Positions 48,187 through 59,223 are shown, numbered from the stretch's first letter. The stretch is DNA of 64,000 bases from Firmicutes bacterium UBA4845 (GCA_002399975.1 DHER01000114.1:999-64998); one strand, 5' to 3'. Notes: generated by a model not told the origin, from the sequence alone. Translations and numbers: made by a program.

Positions 48187-48883
48187 ATGAATAAAACGGA
48201 TTCTTTTACGACAATCTTCATATTGGTAGATGAGGATGGAAAAATTTATTACAGTAACATAAATAACGTAGATATGATAAAAGGTTTAATTAAGACAGCA
48301 AAATCAAACAAGTTGTTTGATGATGGCAAAAAAAAAAATCGACGGCTATATTTTTACTGCAGATAAAATAAACATTGATGAAAAAGCACTTTGGGTATTG
48401 ATTACAGAAATGGAATATTATAGGACCTACGATGATCTATCCACAGGGCTTTATAACAGAAATTACTGGGAGCATTTGAAAGACGGTGTTGTTAAATTTT
48501 TGTATGGTTCATCCTATTCTCTCATTGTAATTGATATTGACAATTTAAAGGAATGTAATGATTTATATGGACATGTAATAGGGGATGAAGTGATTGCGTC
48601 GGTTGGAGAATCAATACTGAACTCAGTAAGAGAAAACGATGTTGCTATCCATTATGGAGGAGACGAATTCATAGTAATTCTTCCCAACGCTAATATTGCA
48701 GTGGCAAACAAGGTTATTACCAGAATAAAAAAAGATATAAAGAAAAAATACATAAATAAAAAATTAAAAATTGAAGTTAGCGCGGGGGCATCATATTCTA
48801 ATGATATAAGCAAATTAGAACAGGCACTGCAGTCTGCGGACATGAAAATGTATAGTGAAAAAAATAGAAAGAAAAAATTGTAG
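48187..48883 (+). pseudogene. diguanylate cyclase split by a frameshift in an A11 tract (48328-48338)
   Basis: 59-aa ORF 48187-48366 with AGGAG SD joins the GGDEF ORF if the run is A10 (231 aa); DDLSTGLYNR, DIDNLKECND, RxxD I-site and GGDEF intact; no SD before the internal starts. Confidence 0.75.
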
Positions 48884-49015
48884 AATAAATATGGTGTGTG
48901 AATAAAAAATTTTATTATAATATAAATACTTTGAATTATACGACATGACATTAATAATATTTATGGTATAATATATAAAGAATAATCCGTTAAAGGGAAA
49001 TATCTTGTTGAGGGG

Positions 49016-51019
49016 ATGTTTATGCAGTATTCAAGTGAAGGAGCAATTCGTGATTTAAACGAGAAAACGCGGTATTTGAAACTTTTGTCCAAACAATTTC
49101 CGACTATTGCATCCTGCTGCACGGAAATTATCAATTTGCAGGCTATTTTGAATCTTCCTAAAGGAACGGAGCATTTTTTATCTGATATTCATGGTGAATA
49201 TGAGGCTTTTAATCATGTGCTTAAGAATGGCTCAGGGAACATTAAACGCAAGATAACTGAAGTTTTTGGAGATATAATGAGCGAAAATGATATCAAAAGC
49301 CTTGCGACGCTGATTTATTATCCTGAGCAAAAGTTGGAAATTATTCATAAGCAGGAAAAGAATATTGAAGAATGGTACAAAATAACTATTTACAGGCTTA
49401 TAGTTGTAAGCAGAAAGGCTGCATTTAAATATACGCGTATGAAGGTAAGAAAAGCGCTGCCTAAGGAATTTGCATATATAATTGAAGAACTTATGCAAAG
49501 GGGGCCTGAGGAATATGATAAGGAAGAATATTACAACGAAATTATTAACTCGATCATCAAAGTTGGAAGTGCAGATGAATTTATAATAGCCATGTCCAAG
49601 CTGATTCAAAGGCTGGTTATAGACAGACTTCACATAGTTGGTGATATATTTGACAGAGGTCCGGGTGCGGATAAGGTTATGGATACACTGATTAACTATC
49701 ATTCCCTGGACATTCAGTGGGGGAATCATGATGTGCTTTGGATGGGTGCCGCTGCCGGAAGCGAAGCGTGTATAGCTACAGTAATTAGAATATGTACCAG
49801 ATATGCAAATTTGGATACAATTGAAAATGGTTATGGAATCAACCTGCTTCCGCTGGCTACATTTGCATTGGAATATTATGGAGATGACAATTGTGCGCAG
49901 TTTATGCCAAAAATAGAAAGTGACATTACTTACAGTGAAAATGACTTAAGGCTTATTGCAAAAATGCACAAGGCTATTTCCATAATACAATTTAAGCTGG
50001 AAGGAGAAATAATTAAAAGGCGTCCGTATTTTCACATGGAAGACAGACTTTTACTAAATAAAATTAATTATGAAGAAGGAACCATTGACTGTTATGGTGA
50101 GGTTTACAAACTGAACGATACAAATTTTCCAACCATAGATCCTAAAGAACCTTATAAATTAACGAAAGAAGAAAAAGAACTTATTGAAAAATTAAAATCT
50201 TCTTTTTTAAACAGTGAAAGACTGCAAAAACATGTAAGGTTTCTTTTTTCAAAGGGAAGCATGTGCTTGAAGTTTAATTCCAATCTTCTTTATCACGGAT
50301 GCATTCCTGTCAATGAGGACGGAACGTTTAAAAAAGTTAAAATAGGTTCGTCAGGTAAGGAATACAGCGGAAAAGAATATTTTGACAGACTTGAAATTTT
50401 AATAAGGGAAGGGTACTTTCATAAAAACGATCCTGAAGGCAAGCTATATGGTATGGATATGACATGGTATTTGTGGACCGGACCTGACTCTCCTCTTTTT
50501 GGCAAGGATAAGATGACTACATTTGAAAGATATTTCATTGATGATAAACAAACCCATGAAGAGAAAAAAAATCCATACTTTAAACTGGAAAACAGCGAAA
50601 AGATGTGCAGGTTAATTTTTAAAGAATTTGGTTTAAATCCAAATACGTCTCATATAATTAACGGGCATGTACCGGTTAAAAGCAAAAATGGCGAAAGCCC
50701 TATTAAAGCTAATGGTAAAATTATAGTTATTGACGGAGGGTTTTCGAGAGCTTATCAGAGTACTACGGGTATTGCCGGATATACGTTGATTTACAATTCT
50801 TACGGTCTCATACTTGTATCCCATGATCCATTTGAATCAACTCAAAAAGCAGTTGAAGAAGAAAAAGACATTCATTCTACAAGAAGGGTTATAGAAAAAG
50901 AATTGGAAAGGAAAAGGGTAGGAGATACCGATAACGGAGCGGAGCTTAAGGAAAATATTAAGGATTTGCAAATGCTCTTGAATGCCTATAGAACTGGATT
51001 AATTAAGGAACAGGAATAA
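49016..51019 (+). CDS. fbp: fructose-1,6-bisphosphatase class III
   Basis: [34 protein letters not shown]. Confidence 0.93.
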   Translation: MFMQYSSEGAIRDLNEKTRYLKLLSKQFPTIASCCTEIINLQAILNLPKGTEHFLSDIHGEYEAFNHVLKNGSGNIKRKITEVFGDIMSENDIKSLATLIYYPEQKLEIIHKQEKNIEEWYKITIYRLIVVSRKAAFKYTRMKVRKALPKEFAYIIEELMQRGPEEYDKEEYYNEIINSIIKVGSADEFIIAMSKLIQRLVIDRLHIVGDIFDRGPGADKVMDTLINYHSLDIQWGNHDVLWMGAAAGSEACIATVIRICTRYANLDTIENGYGINLLPLATFALEYYGDDNCAQFMPKIESDITYSENDLRLIAKMHKAISIIQFKLEGEIIKRRPYFHMEDRLLLNKINYEEGTIDCYGEVYKLNDTNFPTIDPKEPYKLTKEEKELIEKLKSSFLNSERLQKHVRFLFSKGSMCLKFNSNLLYHGCIPVNEDGTFKKVKIGSSGKEYSGKEYFDRLEILIREGYFHKNDPEGKLYGMDMTWYLWTGPDSPLFGKDKMTTFERYFIDDKQTHEEKKNPYFKLENSEKMCRLIFKEFGLNPNTSHIINGHVPVKSKNGESPIKANGKIIVIDGGFSRAYQSTTGIAGYTLIYNSYGLILVSHDPFESTQKAVEEEKDIHSTRRVIEKELERKRVGDTDNGAELKENIKDLQMLLNAYRTGLIKEQE

Positions 51020-51096
51020 GCAGTAAATAGCACGAATCAATCATAAAGACATTTTATCATTCATAAAATATAAAAAATGAATATAAGGGTGGTAGA

Positions 51097-51435
51097 ATGT
51101 CTTCTTTTTATACAAGCATAGTTCAGAATTTTTTAATCGCATTTGGGGTAGTAACAGGGGCCAGCTTGTTTTCTGGTATAGGAGCAATAATAACGGACCA
51201 TCCGCCGTGCAAAGCAATGACGGAAGTGGCAAACTCTATTAAAATATGGGCAATTGCTGCATCTTTGGGCGGGACGTTTTCATCATTTACGGTTATTGAA
51301 AAAGGCATATTTGAAGGTGAAATCATAAGTTTAATCAAACAGTTCCTGTATGTATTGATATCTCTTGCAGGAGCCAACATTGGATATGAATTTGTCAGGC
51401 TTATTCAAAGGTGCAGTGCAATATGGGGAAGATAA
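51097..51435 (+). CDS. ytrH: YtrH-family sporulation membrane protein
   Basis: FLIAFGVVTG, IKIWAIAASLGGTF, EKGIFEG. Confidence 0.85.
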   Translation: MSSFYTSIVQNFLIAFGVVTGASLFSGIGAIITDHPPCKAMTEVANSIKIWAIAASLGGTFSSFTVIEKGIFEGEIISLIKQFLYVLISLAGANIGYEFVRLIQRCSAIWGR

Positions 51436-51917
51436 ATAAAAATGGTTATAAGTTCTTTATATGCTTTATAGCCGGATTAATGTGCGGATGTATAATAGGC
51501 TCATTGGGAATAAGTATTCTTGTAAGCTATAGGATGGATAGCTTTTATAAAAAGATTGAATATTTGGAAAATACAATAACCGATAAAGATGAGAAACTTA
51601 AGAAACTTGAAAAGGCCATTAATAATTCTGATGTTGTCCTTAAAGATATTCAGATTTTTTTAGATTTCCCGGGGTTCAGTCCTGAGCAGATTGAACAAAT
51701 AAATAATCTGGAAATAGAAAAGGCAATAAAGGAAAAATACAGGTCTTCATTGGGAAAAGAAATTAAGAACCTTGACGGGGATATTTTGTTGCAGATTATT
51801 GATAAAAGGATCTTGAAATTTGATGGCGCAGAATACCAGCTGAAAGTCAATAAGCTTATATTAACCGAAATATTAAAATTATGGGTTGAAATTTCGGTTA
51901 TTGAGGTAGAAAGTTGA
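51423..51917 (+). CDS. ytrI: YtrI-family sporulation membrane protein
   Basis: N-terminal TM, coiled coil, C-terminal domain; overlaps ytrH. Confidence 0.7.
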   Translation: MGKINKNGYKFFICFIAGLMCGCIIGSLGISILVSYRMDSFYKKIEYLENTITDKDEKLKKLEKAINNSDVVLKDIQIFLDFPGFSPEQIEQINNLEIEKAIKEKYRSSLGKEIKNLDGDILLQIIDKRILKFDGAEYQLKVNKLILTEILKLWVEISVIEVES

Positions 51918-51987
51918 ATAAGAGAATATTTATGGTATAATAAGTAAAAAATATTACAGTAATCTGTGAAATGGGAAGGAGATTGAC

Positions 51988-53151
51988 ATGTTAAACTTTG
52001 ATTACTCAATACCTACAAAAATATTTTTCGGCAAGGACAAGGTAAATGTTTTAGCAGATGAATTGAAAAAATACGGAACAAGGGTTCTTTTAGTTTATGG
52101 AGGTGGAAGCATAAAGAGAAACGGTATATATGATAAGGTAATTGATATTTTAAAAGAAAATAAAATTAACTTCTGGGAACTTTCTGGAGTTGAACCGAAT
52201 CCTAAAATAAAAACTGTAAAAAATGGTGTGGATATATGCCGCAAAAATCTTATTGACATTGTACTGGCAATAGGTGGAGGAAGTTCCATAGATTGCGCCA
52301 AGGCGGTTGCAGCCGCATGCTATTATGAAGGGAATCCATGGGATATTGTGGCGGATCCTCAGAAAATAGGAAAAGTTCTTCCTATTGCATCAATATTGAC
52401 ATTATCGGCAACAGGGTCGGAAATGGACAGGAATGCTGTCATTTCCAATACAGAAACTAATGAAAAATTAGGAACCAGGCACCCAGATATGGCTCCGAAA
52501 TTTTCTATATTAGATCCTACATATACATTTACAGTTCCTAAAAATCAAACTGCAGCAGGTACGGCAGATATTATGAGTCATGTTTTTGAAGAATATTTTC
52601 AGAAAACAGAGGGTGCTTATATTCAAGACAGATTGGCAGAGGCAATTTTAAAGACATGCATAAAGTATGGGATAAAAGCAATCCGGGAGCCGGAAAATTA
52701 TGAAGCCAGGGCAAATCTTATGTGGTCTTCCAGTCTTGCTATTAACGGGCTTTTAAGTTATGGCAAAAATTCAAAGTGGAGCGTTCATCCGATGGAACAT
52801 GAATTAAGCGCTTTTTATGATGTTACACATGGTGTGGGACTGGCTATTTTAACACCTCATTGGATGGAGTATGTACTTGATGGCAGTACACTTCAAAATT
52901 TTGTTGATTACGGCATTAATGTATGGAATATTGATGAAGGGTTAGAAAAATATGAAATAGCTCAAAAAGCTATACTAAGGACAAAAGATTATTTTGTTTC
53001 ATTAGGGCTGCCTTCAAAACTAAGTGAAGTGGGAATTAAAGAAGATAAGCTGGAATTAATGGCGAATCAAGCCGCAAGATTTGGAGATGTGGGAAGTTTT
53101 AAACCTCTTAGCGCCAATGACGTATTGAATATCTTTAAAGCTGCATTTTAA
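51988..53151 (+). CDS. iron-containing alcohol dehydrogenase (butanol dehydrogenase BdhA/B-like)
   Basis: YGGGS, GVEPNP, GGGSSID, TGSEM, HPMEHELS, HGVGL. Confidence 0.9.
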   Translation: MLNFDYSIPTKIFFGKDKVNVLADELKKYGTRVLLVYGGGSIKRNGIYDKVIDILKENKINFWELSGVEPNPKIKTVKNGVDICRKNLIDIVLAIGGGSSIDCAKAVAAACYYEGNPWDIVADPQKIGKVLPIASILTLSATGSEMDRNAVISNTETNEKLGTRHPDMAPKFSILDPTYTFTVPKNQTAAGTADIMSHVFEEYFQKTEGAYIQDRLAEAILKTCIKYGIKAIREPENYEARANLMWSSSLAINGLLSYGKNSKWSVHPMEHELSAFYDVTHGVGLAILTPHWMEYVLDGSTLQNFVDYGINVWNIDEGLEKYEIAQKAILRTKDYFVSLGLPSKLSEVGIKEDKLELMANQAARFGDVGSFKPLSANDVLNIFKAAF

Positions 53152-53266
53152 AAAAGTTCAATGATATATATGCATAATTTCACACGTGATAGCTGAAATT
53201 GCCGTACGGATGTGGTGATTTCTGCATAAAAATAATAACAGCTCCCACTTAAATGGTGGGAGTATA

Positions 53267-54610
53267 TTACGAATAGATAGCCTTCCATTTTCCTGTTTTG
53301 TACTGTAAAAAAGAAATAATCCAATTTGCAAACCAGCCAATGGGAACGGCATACCAAACCATTGCGATACCATATTTGGGTGCAAAAGCAACGGAAAGGG
53401 ATACACGAATAAAAAGATTTACAAGATTTGCGATAGTAAACATCTTCATATCTCCTGCTCCGCGCAGCAATCCGTCTACAGTCATTTTGAACCCAATCAG
53501 GCAGAAAAACCAACCCATAAATGTTAAGTAATTCCGTCCTGTGGAAACAGCAGTAGCTGTTCCTTCTGCGAGGAAAAGACTGATAATCTGAGAATGAAAG
53601 AATTCCAGCATCAAACAAATAACTATCGCAAAAACAATTACTATTTTATTTGCTACATGATATCCTTCTATTACACGTTCTTCTTTATGAGTACCTATAT
53701 TCTGTGCTGTATATGATGACACTGCATTTCCGATTCCCATCATGGGAACAACGCAAATTGATTCAACACGCATAGCGGCAGAAAATCCGGCTAATGTCTG
53801 GTATCCAAACCTATTTATTACTGATTGTACCAACATCATGCCGATGGAGACGGTAGACTGCTGTAAGATTGACGGCATAGCAATTTTTGTCATGGAAAGC
53901 AGTTCAGTCTTATCAAAAGCTTTTGTATGCCTACAATTCAGAATTTTAAGTTCTTTCATAAAAAACAGAAAAGATAAGGAGGCGGAAATGCCTTGTGCTA
54001 TCAATGTTGCCCATGCTACACCGGCAACTCCCATCTGGAATCTTGTTACAAGTATAAAATCCAATATGACGTTGAATACAGATGAAAAAATCAAAAAGTA
54101 CAGCGGTATTTTAGATTTACCAAGTGCATTGAACATAGATGAAAGCACATTGTACATAAATAAAAACGGAAGTCCAAGAAAATATATATTCAGGTATTGT
54201 ACCGCCATATCTAAAACATCGATAGGCGTATTCATAAGAATCATAATGCGTTTGCTGAACAACAGCCCGATTCCTCCCAGTAAAATACTGAGTGTCAAGA
54301 AGGAGATAAAAGATGTAAAGACAGCAAGTTTCATCTTAGAATAATCTTTTTCACCAAAGTACCTGCTTACAATTACGGAGGCTCCGATTCCGCCGCCCAT
54401 TGCAATACATATGAATATATTTGTCAGAGAATAAGAAGCTCCTACTGCGGCTAAAGCCTGTTCGCTGACATATCGCCCTACAATAGCCGAATCAGCCATT
54501 GTATAGGCTTGCTGAAATAAATTTCCGATTATTATGGGTAAAGAAAAAACAATCAGAGCATTCAAAGGTTTTTCACGTATTAAATAATCATCTTTATAAT
54601 TATTTTTCAT
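53267..54610 (-). CDS. MATE family efflux transporter
   Basis: NLFQQAYTMADSAIVG, GVAGVAWAT, two repeats; ATG 54610 after GGAGG. Confidence 0.9.
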   Translation of the reverse strand: MKNNYKDDYLIREKPLNALIVFSLPIIIGNLFQQAYTMADSAIVGRYVSEQALAAVGASYSLTNIFICIAMGGGIGASVIVSRYFGEKDYSKMKLAVFTSFISFLTLSILLGGIGLLFSKRIMILMNTPIDVLDMAVQYLNIYFLGLPFLFMYNVLSSMFNALGKSKIPLYFLIFSSVFNVILDFILVTRFQMGVAGVAWATLIAQGISASLSFLFFMKELKILNCRHTKAFDKTELLSMTKIAMPSILQQSTVSIGMMLVQSVINRFGYQTLAGFSAAMRVESICVVPMMGIGNAVSSYTAQNIGTHKEERVIEGYHVANKIVIVFAIVICLMLEFFHSQIISLFLAEGTATAVSTGRNYLTFMGWFFCLIGFKMTVDGLLRGAGDMKMFTIANLVNLFIRVSLSVAFAPKYGIAMVWYAVPIGWFANWIISFLQYKTGKWKAIYS

Positions 54611-54968
54611 TTCTGTCCCTCCAAATTTTAGGATCTTTTTTAATACAATTACATTCCGAAATAAACTCGCAAGAGCAATCGCATAATATTTCAACATCGT
54701 CAGAATATTGTGAAATTTGTTCTAATACTTCAGCAAAAAGAGAAGATATTAACTGCTTATTAACTAAATAGTGCATCTGATACCGTTTTTTTACACCATA
54801 AACGACTTGGTGTTTTTTGAGAATGCGCATATGTTGTGATACAGCTGATTCACTGATATTAAGTTTTTTTGCCAGTGCTTTTACACAATAATGATGTTCA
54901 AAAAGAATCTGTATCAGCCGAAATCTTGTTGGTTCTGTAATAATATGAATTGTTTGTATAGGATCCAT
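54600..54968 (-). CDS. ArsR/SmtB-family regulator with C-terminal Cys cluster
   Basis: EPTRFRLI, ISESAVSQHMRILK, CDCSCEFISECNC. Confidence 0.85.
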   Translation of the reverse strand: MDPIQTIHIITEPTRFRLIQILFEHHYCVKALAKKLNISESAVSQHMRILKKHQVVYGVKKRYQMHYLVNKQLISSLFAEVLEQISQYSDDVEILCDCSCEFISECNCIKKDPKIWRDRNEK

Positions 54969-54984
54969 AATATACCTCTTTTTA

Positions 54985-55002
54985 ATTAAGTGTACGCTTA
55001 AT
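54985..55002. promoter_or_regulatory. putative ArsR autoregulatory operator
   Basis: ATTAAG-TGTACG-CTTAAT inverted repeat just upstream of the start. Confidence 0.5.
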
Positions 55003-55258
55003 CAAATTTCTGTTTAATTGTAATACCTATTATGGATTTTGTCAATTTATTATTTGCCAAACTACCGTAAGTATGAAGTAAATATAAAAATTAATATTTA
55101 TTAAATATCTATTGACTTAATTGATTATTTATATTAAAGTTAAGAGGCAAACGTTATATTATTACTTATAGTAACTATAATTTATCATGAGGGGGTGGTT
55201 TAACGAGGCGGTTTAGAATCTGTTCTATTTTGTAAATACTACGTGAAGGAGTGAAAGT

Positions 55259-56668
55259 ATGGAAGTTATTAAGTTTTTGAACAACAATATTTTCTGGGGG
55301 CTTCCGATGCTTATTTTAATGCTCGGAACCGGGATTTATCTTACGATTGCAACTAAAGGAATTATATTTACTAAATTTGGAACTGTAATGAAATATACTT
55401 TAAAAACTATTATAGGAAGACAAAAGAAGTCTGATGATGAAGGTGCAATAACACCGTTTCAGGCAGTGTCGACCGCTCTTGCGGCTACGGTTGGAACCGG
55501 CAATATAGTGGGTATTGCAGTTTCTATTCAAACCGGTGGACCGGGAGCTATATTTTGGATGCTTGTGGCAGCTTTGTTCGGAATGGTAACAAAATATTCT
55601 GAGGTTACTCTGGCTGTTGCGTATAGGGAAAGAGACTCCGAAGGCAACCTTGTTGGCGGACCGATGTACTATCTGTCAAAAGGTACCGGAAAGAAGTGGG
55701 TAGCAGTTGCATTCTGTTTTTGCGGAGCCTTGTCTTCATTCGGTATAGGGAACATGACTCAGGCAAACTCTCTTTCAGGGGCTGTTAATGCTACATTTGG
55801 TGTACCTACTTGGATAAGTGGTTTAGTACTTGCTGCTCTTGCCGGGTTGGTAGTTATTGGAGGATTGAAAAGAATATCCAGTGTTGCAGAGATATTAGTG
55901 CCATTTATGGCCGCTTTGTACATAATAGGTGCTTTAATTGTTCTGGTTATTAATGCGCCGAAGATTCCAATGGCAATAGGATTAATATTTGAAAATGCAT
56001 TTACAGGAACCGCTGCTAAGGGAGGTTTCCTGGGAGCTTCGATAATGTATGGGATGAGAATAGGAGTAGCAAGAGGAGTATTTACAAATGAGGCAGGTTT
56101 AGGAAGTGCTCCTATAGCTCATGCTTCTGCTGATAATGATCATCCTGCAAGGCAAGGCCTTTGGGGATCATTTGAAGTATTTTTTGATACTGTTGTAATG
56201 TGTACGATCACTGCACTTGTAATAATAACTTCCGGATTGTGGGACAGTGATCCTATGATGTCCGGCAATGCTCTTGCACAGGCTGCATTCAAAAATGCTT
56301 TTAACGGAGGACAGTATATAGTTTCGATCGGATTGGTATTATTTGTGTTTGCAACAATAATTGCATGGTATTATTACGGCGAATCATGTACAAAGTATAT
56401 ATCCGGTAAAAAAGGTGTAAGGATATATCAGGTTCTTTTTGTTATTGCAATATTTATAGGGGCAATGGCAAAGATAGATTTGGTATGGGAACTTGCAGAT
56501 TTATTAAATGCGTTTATGGCAATACCTAACTTGATAGGTTTGATCATATTGACGCCGGTAGTAAAAAATCTTACAGAAGATTTATTCTCAGATCCTTCCA
56601 GAATAAGACCTAAAGGTGAGGATTTTTCCAGATTTCTTATTACTAAAGATACAAGTAAAAATAATTAA
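55259..56668 (+). CDS. alanine/glycine:cation symporter (AgcS family)
   Basis: ATVGTGNI, GGPGAIFWM, GGPMYY, FTNEAGLGS. Confidence 0.92.
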   Translation: MEVIKFLNNNIFWGLPMLILMLGTGIYLTIATKGIIFTKFGTVMKYTLKTIIGRQKKSDDEGAITPFQAVSTALAATVGTGNIVGIAVSIQTGGPGAIFWMLVAALFGMVTKYSEVTLAVAYRERDSEGNLVGGPMYYLSKGTGKKWVAVAFCFCGALSSFGIGNMTQANSLSGAVNATFGVPTWISGLVLAALAGLVVIGGLKRISSVAEILVPFMAALYIIGALIVLVINAPKIPMAIGLIFENAFTGTAAKGGFLGASIMYGMRIGVARGVFTNEAGLGSAPIAHASADNDHPARQGLWGSFEVFFDTVVMCTITALVIITSGLWDSDPMMSGNALAQAAFKNAFNGGQYIVSIGLVLFVFATIIAWYYYGESCTKYISGKKGVRIYQVLFVIAIFIGAMAKIDLVWELADLLNAFMAIPNLIGLIILTPVVKNLTEDLFSDPSRIRPKGEDFSRFLITKDTSKNN

Positions 56669-56691
56669 ATTTTAATAAAATTAATAATTTT

Positions 56692-56724
56692 AAAAAGGCT
56701 GTTCGATTTGGATGGCCTTTTTTT
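56692..56724 (+). terminator. intrinsic terminator
   Basis: AAAAAGGCTGTTC...GGATGGCCTTTTTTT. Confidence 0.65.
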
Positions 56725-56749
56725 ACTTACTAAATAATTTGCTAAAGTT

Positions 56750-56789
56750 CGAACATATGTTTGACTAGATAAAAAATATGTGTTAATAT
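56750..56789 (+). promoter_or_regulatory. LexA/DinR SOS box overlapping a SigA promoter
   Basis: CGAACATATGTTTG (56750-63), close to CGAACRNRYGTTCG, overlapping TTGACT-17-TAATAT. Confidence 0.75.
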
Positions 56790-56829
56790 TATCATCAATA
56801 AGTAATTAATTATTAATTTTAGGTGGATT

Positions 56830-58077
56830 ATGAAGGATATTATGTTTAAAAAATTAAAAATTTTATCTGATGCAGCAAAGTATGATGTGTCTTGTGTTTC
56901 AAGCGGTGTGGAAAGAAAAAGCAATACAGTTGCTGGCATAGGCAGTGCATCTTCCGCTGGAATCTGTCATACGTGGACAGCAGATGGCAGGTGCATTTCA
57001 CTGCTTAAAATATTACTGACAAATGACTGTGTTTATGACTGCGGATATTGTGTGAATAGAGTTACCAATTCAATAGAAAGGGCTTCGTTTACACCTGAAG
57101 AGGTTGCAGAACTGACAATTCAGTTTTATAGAAGAAATTACATAGAAGGATTGTTTTTAAGTTCAGCTGTGAAAAATAATCCTGATTATACCATGGAAAA
57201 TATTTGCGGGGTACTGGAGATCTTGAGATACAAGTATAATTTCTGGGGATATGTACATGTAAAAGTTATTCCGGGAGCAAGTCCTTTGCTTGTTCAAAGA
57301 TCAGGAATGCTTGCGGACAGGATGAGCGTAAATATAGAGCTTCCCACAAGGAAAAGCCTTAGGATCCTGGCACCTCAGAAAAAAATAGAGAATATAATCT
57401 CTCCTATGTCCTTAATAAATAATGAGATAACCGGAACATTAGAAGATAAAAAGCATTTTAGGAATACACCTCGGTTTGTTCCCGGCGGTCAGTCAACTCA
57501 GATGATAATAGGGGCAACCCCAGAAAGTGACAGTACAATACTTGCTTTGTCACAGAATCTTTATGAAAGATTTAATATGAAGCGTGTGTTTTTTTCTGCG
57601 TACATACCTGTTAATTCATCTCCCATGCTGCCTGCGGTAAGCACAATGCCTCCGCTGTTAAGAGAGCACAGGCTTTATCAGGCGGACTGGCTTATGCGCT
57701 TTTATTATTTTCGTTCTGAAGAGTTGTTTACAGAAAACAATAAAAATCTTGATTTAGAATTTGATCCTAAAATGATGTATGCTTTGCGAAATATTGATAA
57801 ATTTCCTGTTGAAATCAATAGGGCATCCTATGAGGAGCTTTTGAGGATTCCCGGCCTGGGAGTAAAAAGTGCCCAAAGGATAATAAAAGAAAGAAAAAAT
57901 GCTGAGCTTTCTTATGATTCATTGAAAAAGATGAAAACTGTATTGAAAAGGGCCAGATATTTTATCACTGTAAATGGAAAGTATTATGGAAATATAAAAT
58001 TTGAGCCTGAAGCTATAAAAGAAAAAATAAGACAAAAGGAAATGCAAAAACAGCTTTCTATTTTTAAGCTGTTGTAG
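56830..58077 (+). CDS. putative DNA modification/repair radical SAM protein with HhH motif (TIGR03916-type)
   Basis: AAKYDVSC, CVYDCGYC, REHRLYQADWLMRFY, LLRIPGLG. Confidence 0.88.
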   Translation: MKDIMFKKLKILSDAAKYDVSCVSSGVERKSNTVAGIGSASSAGICHTWTADGRCISLLKILLTNDCVYDCGYCVNRVTNSIERASFTPEEVAELTIQFYRRNYIEGLFLSSAVKNNPDYTMENICGVLEILRYKYNFWGYVHVKVIPGASPLLVQRSGMLADRMSVNIELPTRKSLRILAPQKKIENIISPMSLINNEITGTLEDKKHFRNTPRFVPGGQSTQMIIGATPESDSTILALSQNLYERFNMKRVFFSAYIPVNSSPMLPAVSTMPPLLREHRLYQADWLMRFYYFRSEELFTENNKNLDLEFDPKMMYALRNIDKFPVEINRASYEELLRIPGLGVKSAQRIIKERKNAELSYDSLKKMKTVLKRARYFITVNGKYYGNIKFEPEAIKEKIRQKEMQKQLSIFKLL

Positions 58078-58086
58078 GAGAATATT

Positions 58087-58818
58087 ATGGATTATCTGTA
58101 TGATGGAACCTTCGAAGGACTGCTGACGTGTATTTATTGTCATTATAAGGAAGCTGCTGCAAGTGGTATTTATTTGGCGTCAAACTATCAGCAGACAATT
58201 ATAAATAACTATAAAGTAATAAATACTGATATTAAAAAAGCACAAATTGTTTCGAATGCAATAAAAAAAATATCCGGGGAAGCATATATTGAAGTATATT
58301 ACTGCTATTTATCAAATGCCTGCAATAAAGAAAATATAATACTTGATTTTTTAATTTTTGCTTTTAAATATGGTAAAAAAACAATGAATTTTTATACTCA
58401 TGAAAAAGTGTTGCCCTTAAAGGAAATATCGTTAAAAGTCACCAAAGAGGTGGATAAATTCTTAGGTATACTTAGATTTTCTGATATTGGAGGCATTTTA
58501 TTTACGCGTTTTTCTCCTGATAATGACTTGCTTATATTGCTTATTGGGCATTTTGCTGACAGATATAAATATGAAAAATTTATTATTTACGATGAGAGAA
58601 GAAACAAAGCTGCTGTTTATGGGAATAATTTTTGGGAAATAAAAGAAAACATATATATTGAAAATCTTGAATATTCACAGAATGAAAAGATGATTCAAAA
58701 ACTCTGGAAACAGTATTTTACTGATTTAGCTATCAAGGAAAGGACAAACGTAAATCTTCAGTTTCAGTTTGTCCCGGCAAGATACAGAAAAAACATGACA
58801 GAGTTTAAAAATCTGTAA
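58087..58818 (+). CDS. TIGR03915/DUF4130-type putative DNA metabolism protein
   Basis: YLYDGTFEGLLT, HFADRY, IYDERR, LWKQYF; canonical partner of the radical SAM gene. Confidence 0.85.
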   Translation: MDYLYDGTFEGLLTCIYCHYKEAAASGIYLASNYQQTIINNYKVINTDIKKAQIVSNAIKKISGEAYIEVYYCYLSNACNKENIILDFLIFAFKYGKKTMNFYTHEKVLPLKEISLKVTKEVDKFLGILRFSDIGGILFTRFSPDNDLLILLIGHFADRYKYEKFIIYDERRNKAAVYGNNFWEIKENIYIENLEYSQNEKMIQKLWKQYFTDLAIKERTNVNLQFQFVPARYRKNMTEFKNL

Positions 58819-58956
58819 AAATCCGTGGATGGGCCATTTATTTTATTTTAGTGTATATGCCTGTATATAAACGTGACTTGAAAATTGATGCGTTTGTCAT
58901 TCTTGCAAAATGTATATAATAATGCTATAATGATGTACATGAAAGGAGACGTAATA

Positions 58957-59223
58957 ATGCCCCAAATAAGACCAATCACTGATTTAAGAAATACCAATGA
59001 AATCTCTGACCTCTGCCATGCCAAGAAAGAACCCATATTCATAACAAAAAACGGCTATGGCGATTTAGTTGTTATGAGCATTGAAACCTTTGATTCCATG
59101 CTGGAGGAGCGCGAACTCGATGCGGCTATCGCGGAGGCTGAAGCTGAATATGATTCCGATGACAAACTTATAGATGCAAGAGAAGCACTGTCGAGGTTAA
59201 AGAGGAAACACTTTGGAAAATAA
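58957..59223 (+). CDS. type II TA antitoxin, Phd/YefM family
   Basis: IRPITDLRN, PIFITKNGYGDLVVMS; ATG 58957 after AAAGGAG; promoter TTGCAA-17-TATAAT at 58903-58931. Confidence 0.88.
   Translation: MPQIRPITDLRNTNEISDLCHAKKEPIFITKNGYGDLVVMSIETFDSMLEERELDAAIAEAEAEYDSDDKLIDAREALSRLKRKHFGK

Noticed and set aside
55185-55215. T-box or glycine riboswitch before the alanine/glycine symporter
   Set aside because: GGGTGGTTTAACG only loosely resembles the T-box; no stem I, terminator or glycine aptamer motifs. A TTATAGT-A-ACTATAA palindrome nearby could be an operator but is unsupported
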